NCBI GenBank assembly: GCA_030586555.1
Contig: JAURAC010000031.1
Span: forward strand, 1 to 37,575
Length of the DNA: 37,575 bases
From: Candidatus Subterrananammoxibius californiae
Lineage (GTDB): Bacteria; Planctomycetota; Brocadiia; Brocadiales; Subterrananammoxibiaceae
Reading direction: 5' to 3'
The notes beneath the pieces were generated by a model. The model was not told where the DNA came from. It did no database searches and saw only the letters and a program-made list of their open reading frames with translations. Positions 27,432 to 36,423 of the stretch are shown piece by piece. Both the position numbers and the translations under genes were made by a program. Within the stretch, counting starts at the first letter, position 1, and the number at the start of each line of letters is the position of its first letter.

Positions 27432-28055
27432 GTGAATGTCCTCATTGTTTACTACAGCACGTACGGCAACGTTTACAAGATGGCGAACCTCGTAGCCGAA
27501 GGTGTTAAAGAAGTGCCCGGAGCCGAGCCTCTCATTCGCAAGGTGCCAGAACTAATCCCCTCGCAGGTTATCGAATCCAACCCCGATATGAAGGCAGGGA
27601 GAGACCTGCAAAAAGACGTTCGTTTGGTCACTTTGGATGATTTCAGGCAGGCAGGCGCCATTGCCTTTGGCACGCCCACGCGATTTGGAAACGTCTCCTC
27701 CCAACTAAAGAACCAGATTGACCAGCTCACGTCACTCTGGTTAAAGGGTGAATTGGAAGGCAAACCTGCTGGTGTGTTTACTTCGACGGGGAGCCTGCAC
27801 GGAGGACAGGAGACGACAATTCTAACATTGATGGCTCCCCTACTGCATCTCGGGATGATTTTGGTGGGCGTGCCATACTCCGTTCAGGCGCTCTTTGTGA
27901 CGAAAGGAGGCGGTTCACCTTACGGACCAGGCCATGTTGCCGGCATTGATGCTAAGCGAGATATAGATACGGATGAAGCCACGATTTGCCGTGCCCTTGG
28001 ACGGCGGCTTGCTGAGGTTGGGCTTCGCCTGCAGAAGCAGGCAAAAACGACATAA
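27432..28055 (+). CDS. wrbA: NAD(P)H:quinone oxidoreductase WrbA
   Basis: YYSTYGN, FGTPTRFGN, FTSTGSLHGGQETT, GGSPYG. AGGAG RBS with GTG start. Confidence 0.93.
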   Translation: MNVLIVYYSTYGNVYKMANLVAEGVKEVPGAEPLIRKVPELIPSQVIESNPDMKAGRDLQKDVRLVTLDDFRQAGAIAFGTPTRFGNVSSQLKNQIDQLTSLWLKGELEGKPAGVFTSTGSLHGGQETTILTLMAPLLHLGMILVGVPYSVQALFVTKGGGSPYGPGHVAGIDAKRDIDTDEATICRALGRRLAEVGLRLQKQAKTT

Positions 28056-28184
28056 AGGAATCTCTGCTTAGAAAACTTATCTCTTTAGCCCAGGATTCAC
28101 CAGCACATTTGACTTTAAACCGTTTGCTTTGCACTTCAAAATATGGTATTATATTCATACATTAAACGTCTCGTAGAGGAAAAA

Positions 28185-28253
28185 GGGCTGAAGGCTTAAG
28201 GCTGAAGAAAAAGATTTTTTCCTTCAGCCTATCTTTTCTTCAGTCTTCCGCCT
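28185..28253. repeat. Heptamer (GGCTGAA) inverted array directly 5' of the SRP RNA
   Basis: ggctgaaggcttaaggctgaag - aaaaagatttttt - ccttcagcct..cttcagtcttccgcct. Confidence 0.75.
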
Positions 28254-28258
28254 ATATT

Positions 28259-28529
28259 GGCCGTGCTAAATGGGGAGCTAGCGGTTCCTTGTAACCTGAA
28301 ATCCGCTTATGCAGGGTTGACCGCTTTTTTGAGGTTTTCCTGACTGCTGGCGCTGTTCAGGTAAGTGGCGATGAAGGCTGGGTCTCATGCAATAAGTCCA
28401 TGTGAACCTGGTCAGATGCGGAAGCAAGCAGCCATAAGCATCGGTTCTTATGTGCCTTGAGGGCGCCTGGTCTGAGCCAACTGCCTGGATGGGTTAACAG
28501 AAAGAAAAATCGAGAAAAAGTGCACGGCC
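28259..28529 (+). ncRNA. ffs: Large (Alu-domain-containing) signal recognition particle RNA
   Basis: Ends GGCCGTGC/GCACGGCC pair. The 5' part resembles Bacillus scRNA. Helix 8 is TGGTCAGATGCGGAAGCAAGCAGCCA. Lies upstream of dnaX. Confidence 0.92.
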
Positions 28530-28534
28530 GTTTT

Positions 28535-28604
28535 AAATGCGGAATGGCGAGTGCGGAATGCGGAGTGTTTAATTCCGCAATCCGCAATCCGAATTCCGCA
28601 ATCC
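28535..28604. repeat. Heptamer (GAATGCG/TCCGCAA) inverted array between ffs and dnaX
   Basis: aatgcggaatggcgagtgcggaatgcggag - aattccgcaatccgcaatccgaattccgcaatcc. Same unit at 9805-9869 and 33786-33874. Confidence 0.8.
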
Positions 28605-28609
28605 AAACT

Positions 28610-30304
28610 ATGAGCTATTTGGTTTTAGCAAGAAAATATAGGCCTAAAACATTCGATGATATTGTGGGGCAGGAACATATAGTAACTACGCTAAAAAATG
28701 CCATCCGCTCAGACCACATAGCACACGCCTATCTTTTCGCTGGCCCAAGAGGGGTTGGTAAGACATCAATGGCTCGGATATTATCCAAGGCGCTTAATTG
28801 TCATAGCGGCATAACCGTATCCCCTTGCAATGAATGTGATATATGCAAATGTATATCAAACGGTAGTGATATTGACGTTTTGGAGATTGACGGAGCTTCC
28901 AATAGGGGCATAGATAGTATCAGGGATTTGAGACAGAATGTTAAATACGCCCCCTCAAGGAGTCGTTTCAGGATTTATATAGTAGATGAAGTACACATGT
29001 TAACAAAAGAAGCTTTCAATGCGCTCTTGAAAACGCTTGAGGAACCGCCGTCGCATGTAAAATTTATCTTTGCAACAACCGATGCCGATAAACTACCAGA
29101 AACCGTTCAGTCCAGGTGTCAGCGATTCGATTTTAGAAACGTTACCACTGCCGACATAATAAAGCGTCTTGTAAAGATTTGTAAAGACGAAGGCGTTGCG
29201 GTGGAACAATCTGCGCTTGAGGCTATTGCAACCTATGCAAGGGGTGGGTTGAGGGATTCGCAGTCTATATTAGACCAGCTAATTGCTTACTCAACCGACA
29301 AGATTACCCTTAAGGACGTCTACACTATATTAGGCACTGTTGACGAAGGTAAAATACTTCAATTGGTAAGTTGTTTAATAAGCAAAGACACGCACACTGC
29401 GCTTCAGATAGCAAATGAGGCTTTAAACGATGGTAGAGACATTATAGGGTTAATAGAGCAACTCCTGTGGCATTTGCGGAATTTGTTAGTCGTTCACACA
29501 TGCGGTCCTGAATCTACACTCCTAAGTAATTTGCCAGACAATGCACTTGCCTTTTATAAATCAACTGGTGAGACTTTGTCCCGTTTCTGCATTTCACCCG
29601 AAACACTCCTTTACATGATGCACGTGCTCTCGGAAACAAAAAGAAGGGCTAAGGATGACATACTTGAGAGGATATTGTTTGAAACGGCAATTGTAAGATT
29701 AACAACTATGCAAGATATGCGTCCTATAAACGAGGTGTTAGAAAGATTAGAAGCAGTAGAAAAAAAATTAAGTCAGAAGTCAGAAGTCAGGAGTCAGGAG
29801 CCTGCAATCGGGACTCAGGACTCGAGACTCAGGACTCAAGACTCAGGTTTGCACCCGGATGTCACCCTGAGCGAAGCGAAGGGTCTCAAAGAAGAAGTTA
29901 AAACGGACAGCTCTCTTGCCGATATTTGGAGAAGGGTAATAGCATTGGTACAATCCAGGAAAAATTCCACATGGTCGTTCCTCCAGCACGGTAAGCTAAT
30001 CAAGTTAGAAAACGGTGAAATAATTATAGGGTTTTCAAAAAAGATTTACAAGGAACAACTCGAACATGCTGAGGAAAGAACGTTAATCGAGCAATGTATT
30101 GAGGAAATATTGGGTAGAAAAATCATGGCAAAGATGGTAATATTAGAGGGTATTCCAATACAGAATGGCGAATGTGAAATGCGGAATAATGAGAAACAAA
30201 AACATGCCGAATTCCCAAATTCCGTAGAGGCAGAACCAATGGTTAAGAAAGTCTTAGAGCTTTTTGGTGGGAGTGTCGTTAACGTGAGGAGGCAAGGGGA
30301 ATGA
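28610..30304 (+). CDS. dnaX: DNA polymerase III subunit gamma/tau
   Basis: MSYLVLARKYRP, GPRGVGKTS, Cys4 zinc module, DEVHML, ALLKTLEEPP, SRC. The true start is ATG 28610 because the longer ORF overlaps ffs. Confidence 0.95.
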   Translation: MSYLVLARKYRPKTFDDIVGQEHIVTTLKNAIRSDHIAHAYLFAGPRGVGKTSMARILSKALNCHSGITVSPCNECDICKCISNGSDIDVLEIDGASNRGIDSIRDLRQNVKYAPSRSRFRIYIVDEVHMLTKEAFNALLKTLEEPPSHVKFIFATTDADKLPETVQSRCQRFDFRNVTTADIIKRLVKICKDEGVAVEQSALEAIATYARGGLRDSQSILDQLIAYSTDKITLKDVYTILGTVDEGKILQLVSCLISKDTHTALQIANEALNDGRDIIGLIEQLLWHLRNLLVVHTCGPESTLLSNLPDNALAFYKSTGETLSRFCISPETLLYMMHVLSETKRRAKDDILERILFETAIVRLTTMQDMRPINEVLERLEAVEKKLSQKSEVRSQEPAIGTQDSRLRTQDSGLHPDVTLSEAKGLKEEVKTDSSLADIWRRVIALVQSRKNSTWSFLQHGKLIKLENGEIIIGFSKKIYKEQLEHAEERTLIEQCIEEILGRKIMAKMVILEGIPIQNGECEMRNNEKQKHAEFPNSVEAEPMVKKVLELFGGSVVNVRRQGE

Positions 30305-30645
30305 AGGGTTTTGGTAACTTGGGCGAATTGATGAAGCAGGCACAGAAACAGGCGCAAAAAATGCAGGAAAAGATGGACGTTGTTCAGCAAAGCCTTAAGG
30401 AGCGTGTTGTAGAGGCAAGTTCTGGCGGCGGAATGGTGACCGTGCAAATGAATGGGAAGCAGGAACTTTTGTCTATAAAGATTGACCCAGAAGTCGTTAA
30501 TCCCAATGACGTTCAAATGCTTGAGGACCTTATTTTTGCCGCCGTTTCGCAAGCTATAAAGAAGTCACAGGATTTATATCAAGAGGAAATTAATAAGGTA
30601 GCTGGTGGGTTGAATATCCCTGGCTTAACAGGGCTATTAAAATAG
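30301..30645 (+). CDS. ybaB: YbaB/EbfC nucleoid-associated protein
   Basis: MKQAQ..MQ, SGGGMVTV, IDPEVV..MLEDLI.AA. Lies between dnaX and recR. Confidence 0.93.
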   Translation: MKGFGNLGELMKQAQKQAQKMQEKMDVVQQSLKERVVEASSGGGMVTVQMNGKQELLSIKIDPEVVNPNDVQMLEDLIFAAVSQAIKKSQDLYQEEINKVAGGLNIPGLTGLLK

Positions 30646-30771
30646 CAATGTATATTAATATCACCTTTACCTGCCCTTTCTCGGAACAGTGATAAAAGAA
30701 TTAAAATACTTGAGATTTTACGCACATTTTAGTAAAAATATATAGTATATGAGATGCAGGAGTAAAGGTAT

Positions 30772-31371
30772 TTGAGACTGTACCCGCAATCCATGACAAG
30801 GCTCATTGAGGAGTTGGGAAAGATGCCAGGTATCGGGCAAAAGACCGCCGAGCGACTTGCAAATTATATCCTTAGATTACCGGCAGAAGATGCAATGGCA
30901 CTGGCTCAAGCGATACAGGACTTAAAGAAGAGCGTAAGAAATTGTTCTATTTGTTTCAACATCACAGAAACCGACCCGTGTCATATTTGCCAGGATGCTA
31001 ATCGTGATAGAACGGTAGTTTGCGTGGTAGAGCAGCCAGCAGATGTCATTACAATCGAAAAGACAGGTCAATATAATGGTCTCTATCATGTGCTTTTAGG
31101 ACACATTTCACCTCTTGAGTCAATTGACCCGGAGGACCTCACTATGGAGAAGTTATTAAGCAGGGTAAAGGATGGTACCGTTAAGGAAGTGATAATTGCT
31201 ACAAATCTCAACATGGAAGGAGACGCCACTGCTTTATACATATCCAAACAATTAGAGGGATACGAGAAGAAGGTAACCCGTCTGGCTCGAGGCATGCCGT
31301 CAGGCGGACAACTTGAATATGCAAGCGTCGCTGTTATAGCGGATTCGCTTCAAGGAAGGCGCATCATTTAG
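30772..31371 (+). CDS. recR: Recombination mediator RecR
   Basis: MPGIGQKTAERLA, CSICFN..CHIC, CVVE, YHVL.G.ISP, EGDATA. TTG start. Confidence 0.95.
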   Translation: MRLYPQSMTRLIEELGKMPGIGQKTAERLANYILRLPAEDAMALAQAIQDLKKSVRNCSICFNITETDPCHICQDANRDRTVVCVVEQPADVITIEKTGQYNGLYHVLLGHISPLESIDPEDLTMEKLLSRVKDGTVKEVIIATNLNMEGDATALYISKQLEGYEKKVTRLARGMPSGGQLEYASVAVIADSLQGRRII

Positions 31372-31431
31372 TAATCCGCCTGAGGCGGATGTTTTTGAAA
31401 GTATTAACGTTTTTATGTTGTCAGTAGTAAA

Positions 31432-31485
31432 GTTGAAAATCCGCCATCTGTTGGGCGGGTTGAAAATCCGCCACCTATTGGGCGG
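31432..31485. repeat. 27-bp tandem duplication of a hairpin upstream of rpoN
   Basis: gttgaaaatccgccatctgttgggcgg followed by gttgaaaatccgccacctattgggcgg (2 mismatches). Confidence 0.85.
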
Positions 31486-31498
31486 GAGGTAAGGTCTT

Positions 31499-32959
31499 AT
31501 GAGAATGGATACTGTCTTACAACCGCAGCTTCAGCAGAAGATGAAGCTGGCTCCACAAATGATACAGTCAATTGAAATCCTGCAATTGCCCATATTAGCC
31601 CTTATTGAGCACGTTCAGCAGGAGATGGAACAAAACCCTGTACTTGAAGAAGTAATAGAGCCAAAAAAAGAGGAACAAACTGCAGAACAGGAAGAAGACA
31701 ATTCCCCAGCAAGCGATACAAGCGATGATAATATTAATGATGAAAGAAAGGATGAATTAGAGAGGCTTGGCGAAATTGCCGAAGATTGGCGTGATTACTA
31801 TTCTCAAACCGCCACAAGACGTAGTTCGTATGTGGAGGATAGAGACCAAAAACAGGAGGCACTCGAAAACACAGCTTCAAAACCAATATCTATGGAGGAA
31901 TACCTCATGGGACAGCTGTCCCTTGTGGACGTTCCTGACTCGCTCAGACCAGCATGTGAGCAAATAATTTTTAATCTTGACAATAACGGTTATCTTTCCC
32001 TTCCACTCGAAGAATTAATAAAAACTGCTGAGCCCCCTCTAACCATTAAACAGGCAAAAGATGCGCTGAAAATAGTTCAAATCCTTGAACCCCCAGGTAT
32101 AGGAGCGAGGGATTTAAAAGAATGCCTCTTATTACAACTTGATAAGCGTGACGCCACTTACGAAGTAGCAAAGGAGCTTATTGTCAATTACCTCGATGAC
32201 ATACAGGCAAAAAGATACTCCCGAATAGCAAAGAAGTCCGCTATTAATATTGACACAATCAAAAAGGTCATAGACTTCATTCGTACTCTTAATCCTAAAC
32301 CAGGTTCCCTCTTTAGCAACGAACATGCCCCTTATATAATCCCCGAGGTTAAGGTTGAATATATTGATGGAAAGTATGAGGTAACGCTTCTGGAAAACAA
32401 CAACTTTCCACAACTGCATATAAGCCCATTTTATAGGAGAATAATAAGCGAAAAGGATTCAGACCCGCAAACAAGACAGTATATCCAGAGAAAAATTGAA
32501 TCGGCAAGATGGCTAATTGATGCAATAGAGCAAAGAAGAAGCACACTATACAAGGTGGCTGTAAAGATTGTGGAGATGCAAAAGGAATTCCTTAACGAGG
32601 GAATCTTCCACCTGAAGACGCTTAAGATGCAAGACGTAGCAGATGCAGTCGGCATTCACGTCTCTACCGTTAGCCGTGCAATTGCCCACAAATATATGCA
32701 AACGCCGCAGGGCATCTTCGAAATGAAGTTTTTCTTTACCGGCGGATTCCAGAGCGCCGATGGAACGATGGAATCCTGGGAAGCCATAAGGCAGAAACTT
32801 GCTAATATTATTGATAAAGAGAGCAAATCTAACCCACTAAGTGACGAGGAAATTGCAGAAATGCTAAAGGCATCCGGCGTGGACATAGCAAGGCGAACCG
32901 TAACAAAGTATAGAAAGAATATGAAAATCCCCTCCTCAAGACAGAGGAGGGAATTTTAA
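31499..32959 (+). CDS. rpoN: RNA polymerase sigma-54 factor
   Basis: Q-rich region I, PPGIGARDLKECLLLQL, HVSTVSRA HTH, RpoN box ARRTVTKYR. Confidence 0.97.
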   Translation: MRMDTVLQPQLQQKMKLAPQMIQSIEILQLPILALIEHVQQEMEQNPVLEEVIEPKKEEQTAEQEEDNSPASDTSDDNINDERKDELERLGEIAEDWRDYYSQTATRRSSYVEDRDQKQEALENTASKPISMEEYLMGQLSLVDVPDSLRPACEQIIFNLDNNGYLSLPLEELIKTAEPPLTIKQAKDALKIVQILEPPGIGARDLKECLLLQLDKRDATYEVAKELIVNYLDDIQAKRYSRIAKKSAINIDTIKKVIDFIRTLNPKPGSLFSNEHAPYIIPEVKVEYIDGKYEVTLLENNNFPQLHISPFYRRIISEKDSDPQTRQYIQRKIESARWLIDAIEQRRSTLYKVAVKIVEMQKEFLNEGIFHLKTLKMQDVADAVGIHVSTVSRAIAHKYMQTPQGIFEMKFFFTGGFQSADGTMESWEAIRQKLANIIDKESKSNPLSDEEIAEMLKASGVDIARRTVTKYRKNMKIPSSRQRREF

Positions 32960-32999
32960 AGACCAAGAGGCTAAGAGGTTAATAGGCTAAAAGGCAAGA

Positions 33000-34409
33000 A
33001 TGTGGAGTGCAAAAATTCTGATTGTAATCTTAAGCCTCTTCTTTATCACCCATTCAGAAACCATTGTAGCCGCAGGCTTTAGCCTGCGTGATATAGCGCA
33101 ACCTGAAGGTTGCGGCTACCTGCAACACAAACACAGACACAAAGCAGAAGAATTCATCTCTACAACCATTCCCAATGGGATGAGGGTACTTATCCTTGAA
33201 CGACCCCAAACAGATACTGTAACAATTAATTTTTATATTGGCATTGGAAGGATAAACGAACCCGAAAGTGGCGCAGCGAACCTACTTCTGCACATGCTTT
33301 TCAGGGGTAGCAGAAAGTACCCTGCCCACCAAATCACTAAAGAAGTCGCCAGAATGGGTGGAACGCTTGATTACTACGTTGGGTATTTAAGCTCAGTAAT
33401 TTCCATTTCTTTACCGTCCAATCCTCCATGTATCCCCTCTTTGGAAAAGGGAGGCGACGGGGGATTTGACAGGGCAATCGTCCTCTTTGCTGATATTATT
33501 CTTAATCCAATATTAGATACTGATGAACTTGATAAGGAACGCATCCTTATCCTCCAGAAATTGGCAATATCAAAGGACTTTCCAATCAATCGCTTCTTTA
33601 AAGAGGTAATGCTAAGGCAGTTTCCAGACCATCCTTTCGGCAGAAGTTCAGAAGGAACGGAAGATTCGGTTAAGAAGTTAAATGCCGAGTTGTTGAAATT
33701 ATACCACAAAAGATTTTATGTAACGGATAATATTTCGGTAGTAATAGTTGGTAATGTTGCAAAGGAAGCTGTAGAAGAAATGATGTGCGGAATAAGTTCG
33801 GAGTTCGGAGTTCAGAGTTCGGAGTTCAGAGCTCAGAATTCAAAATTACTCCGCATTCCGCAGTCCGCATTCCGTATTTTACTGAAAGGGCATGTTACCC
33901 AAGCGCAAATCTTTGTTGGAAGACCTATCCCGGGACTTAATTACAAAGAAAAACATGTCTTATTAGTCATGAATCAGATTCTTTCCGGGTTGAATGGCAG
34001 GCTCTTTAACACCCTCAGGAAGAAGAAGGGATGCGTCTATGCAGTTAGCGTCTGGGAGATAGTATATCCTGAAATAGGCTTGTGGGGTATCTATGCAGGC
34101 ACAGAGACAAGAGAATTAGAAGCAACCGAGGGGCTGATAGTATCAGAATTAGAAAGGCTTACACATCAACCTATAAAATATAAAGAGTTGGTAACGGCAC
34201 AGAAGTTACTTGAAACTACAATAAGGACGGAGTACGAAACCAATAGTTCCATTGCAAATGAGGTAGGGTCGAGTCTTGTAAAAGGAGAAGCTGTATTGCC
34301 TATGGAAGAACGTATAAAACTTGTGCAATCAGTTACAGCAGAGGATATAAAGACTTTAGTGGAAAAGCTGTTTGGTAACGGCGAGTTTAACGTAATAATT
34401 ATGAAATAG
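33000..34409 (+). CDS. M16 (pitrilysin) family peptidase homologue with a degenerate zinc motif
   Basis: PNGMRV, GAANLLLHMLFRGS (HxxEH altered), HPFGR..GT, RLFNTLR.KKG.VY. Signal peptide. Confidence 0.85.
   Translation: MWSAKILIVILSLFFITHSETIVAAGFSLRDIAQPEGCGYLQHKHRHKAEEFISTTIPNGMRVLILERPQTDTVTINFYIGIGRINEPESGAANLLLHMLFRGSRKYPAHQITKEVARMGGTLDYYVGYLSSVISISLPSNPPCIPSLEKGGDGGFDRAIVLFADIILNPILDTDELDKERILILQKLAISKDFPINRFFKEVMLRQFPDHPFGRSSEGTEDSVKKLNAELLKLYHKRFYVTDNISVVIVGNVAKEAVEEMMCGISSEFGVQSSEFRAQNSKLLRIPQSAFRILLKGHVTQAQIFVGRPIPGLNYKEKHVLLVMNQILSGLNGRLFNTLRKKKGCVYAVSVWEIVYPEIGLWGIYAGTETRELEATEGLIVSELERLTHQPIKYKELVTAQKLLETTIRTEYETNSSIANEVGSSLVKGEAVLPMEERIKLVQSVTAEDIKTLVEKLFGNGEFNVIIMK
33066..33119. 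repeat. REP doublet in frame within the M16 gene
   Basis: gtagccgcaggctttagcctgcg tgatatag cgcaacctgaaggttgcggctac (54 bp, 18 codons). Confidence 0.85.
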
Positions 34410-34464
34410 GCTATATAAAGTCCTAACGGGCATCTTAACCTCAGACCGCTAACCTTTTTGGCGC

Positions 34465-36423
34465 TTAACGCGGGCATGCCCTTGCAGCTTTTAAGATTAG
34501 TTTTATTAGCCTTCCCTTCCTGTCCCATCTCTCTGTGAATTCCTCTTCGGCGCAGAGGCATGGACCGTCTGTAATAGATACACATGCCTCAATGGGGTTA
34601 GAGACACAGTCAAGATTTATGCCCTGTATGTGAAGCAAGAGCTTGCCCTCATTGCAATCAATCTTGAGAGCATACTCAGTTGAGCTTGCCCAAAACCTTG
34701 TCTTAGAGTTGTTATACTCTAACGAGGTGCCGGGGATGATTATCTGATTGCACTCGTCCAGCCATAGAACTATCTCCTCTGGACCTGTCTTTAGCGCCTC
34801 ACAGAAGCATTCATACACGCACAACCGTATGACTGCGCTATCCCTTGATTCACGCCTATAGATAAACCTTATGAATGAATTCTCCCAGAATGTTGTATCT
34901 GCACATTCACTGGTTTGGCAGAGTGGGTCGCAGCCACAATCCGGGTCATTGCAGTCCACAAGCCAATCACAGTCGTTGTCCACGCCGTCATCGCATATTT
35001 CAGTTGTCCCAGGATTGACACTGGAGTCTGTATCGTCGCAATCCCCGTTATTGGAAACATAACCTGATGGTTGTATGCAATCCTGAATGCTATCGTTTGT
35101 ATTCCCATAGCTATCTCCATCTGCATCCCTGTAGTGAGTAGGACATGTAGTAGTTGTCGTAGATGTCGTTGTGGTGGTTGCGATAGTCGTGGTAGTGGTG
35201 GTTGGAACGGTCGTTGTAGTGGTTGGAACTGTGGTCGTAGTAGTGGTCGGAACTGTGGTTGTCGTGTTAGTGGGCGGTTGGGTAAAGCGAATACGGTAAA
35301 GCGCATCGTGATTCCGTTGCATACTGTCCTTCCGTGACAGATAGTAGAGGTTGCCATCCGGCCCCACGTCAAGGTCCACAGGATTACCGGCGTCTGTTGC
35401 AAAGACTGTAACATTATTGCCCTGGCTTGGGTCAAGCATCCTGATCCAGCTTGAGCAGAAGTCTGCGAAAAAATAAACGCCCTGATAGTAAGCGGGAAAA
35501 TTGGTGTTCTGCGGATTAAAGAAAGTGCCTCCTGTAATTGCGCAGCCCTCTGCGTGGCTGTAGTAATAGATAGGGTATACGTAATCAGGATTGCCTGGAG
35601 GATTGGGACCTTCCGCCAGGGGCCATCCGTAGTTGGCTCCTGGAAATCCGTCGTTAATCTCTTCATATGGTCCTGTTCCCCAACTACCCACATCGTTGAT
35701 AAAGATACGTCCAGTCTCAGGGTGAACCGCACAGGTGAAAGGATTGCGCAGTCCGTATGCCCAGATAGCGCGATTCTTTCCGCTGAGGGTGTTATAAAAC
35801 GGGTTGTCAGTTGGGATAGAGCCGTCTTTGTTCAAGCGAAGCATCTTGCCGTGCAAGGTGTTGAGACTTTGTGCGAGGGTGGGCCTGTTATTATCCCCTA
35901 CGGCGACATAAAGCTTTCCATCAAACCCGAAATGGAGTGCGCCACCGTTATGGACATCGGAGATTAGATCAAAAAGATCCAGAAGAACGGTTTCGCTTCC
36001 CGGAATAGCGACATCACCGCTCAAGGTGAAACGGCTGAGACGGTTGTGCACCGTGGGGCTGACAGCCGTATAGTAAATGTAAATGTATTGATTGTTTGCA
36101 AAATCAGGGTCAAGAGCAATGCCTCCAAGACCCCGCTCCCATTGTGAGTTAACAGAAACGTTTAACACCGGTGTGGGCAGAAGAGTATCGTTTTTGATTA
36201 GACGTAGTGTGCCTCCCTGTTCGCAAACAAAGATGCGCCCATCGGGTGCAATAGTCATAGCGGTGGCTTTAAGTAACCCGCCGGCAACCAGTTCATCAAC
36301 GAAGCCGTCAGGGACAGAGGCAGCATAGATTGGGCATGGTAGAAGGGTAAATGTGCACAAAAACACACAGGAAAAAGCTGTCTTCAAGAATACCGTCAGT
36401 TGAACAAACTTCTTTACCTTCAT
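34465..36423 (-). CDS. Secreted PQQ-dependent sugar dehydrogenase-like beta-propeller with Thr-rich linker, Asp/Cys metal-binding repeat and Cys-rich C-terminal domain
   Basis: ERGLGGIALDPDF, HNGGALHFG.DGKLY, IWAYGLRNPF, GANYGWP, VPTTTTT repeats, DADGDSYG..DCDD..EICDDGVDNDCD. Confidence 0.88.
   Translation of the reverse strand: MKVKKFVQLTVFLKTAFSCVFLCTFTLLPCPIYAASVPDGFVDELVAGGLLKATAMTIAPDGRIFVCEQGGTLRLIKNDTLLPTPVLNVSVNSQWERGLGGIALDPDFANNQYIYIYYTAVSPTVHNRLSRFTLSGDVAIPGSETVLLDLFDLISDVHNGGALHFGFDGKLYVAVGDNNRPTLAQSLNTLHGKMLRLNKDGSIPTDNPFYNTLSGKNRAIWAYGLRNPFTCAVHPETGRIFINDVGSWGTGPYEEINDGFPGANYGWPLAEGPNPPGNPDYVYPIYYYSHAEGCAITGGTFFNPQNTNFPAYYQGVYFFADFCSSWIRMLDPSQGNNVTVFATDAGNPVDLDVGPDGNLYYLSRKDSMQRNHDALYRIRFTQPPTNTTTTVPTTTTTTVPTTTTTVPTTTTTTIATTTTTSTTTTTCPTHYRDADGDSYGNTNDSIQDCIQPSGYVSNNGDCDDTDSSVNPGTTEICDDGVDNDCDWLVDCNDPDCGCDPLCQTSECADTTFWENSFIRFIYRRESRDSAVIRLCVYECFCEALKTGPEEIVLWLDECNQIIIPGTSLEYNNSKTRFWASSTEYALKIDCNEGKLLLHIQGINLDCVSNPIEACVSITDGPCLCAEEEFTERWDRKGRLIKLILKAARACPR

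Noticed and set aside
28457..28609. 51-aa N-terminal extension of DnaX in the ORF track
   Set aside because: It overlaps the SRP RNA and a heptamer array. The conserved start is MSYLVLARK at 28610.
34869..35732. 287-aa alternative-frame ORF and other overlapping or antisense ORFs in the track
   Set aside because: These are shadow frames of well-supported genes with no recognisable motifs.
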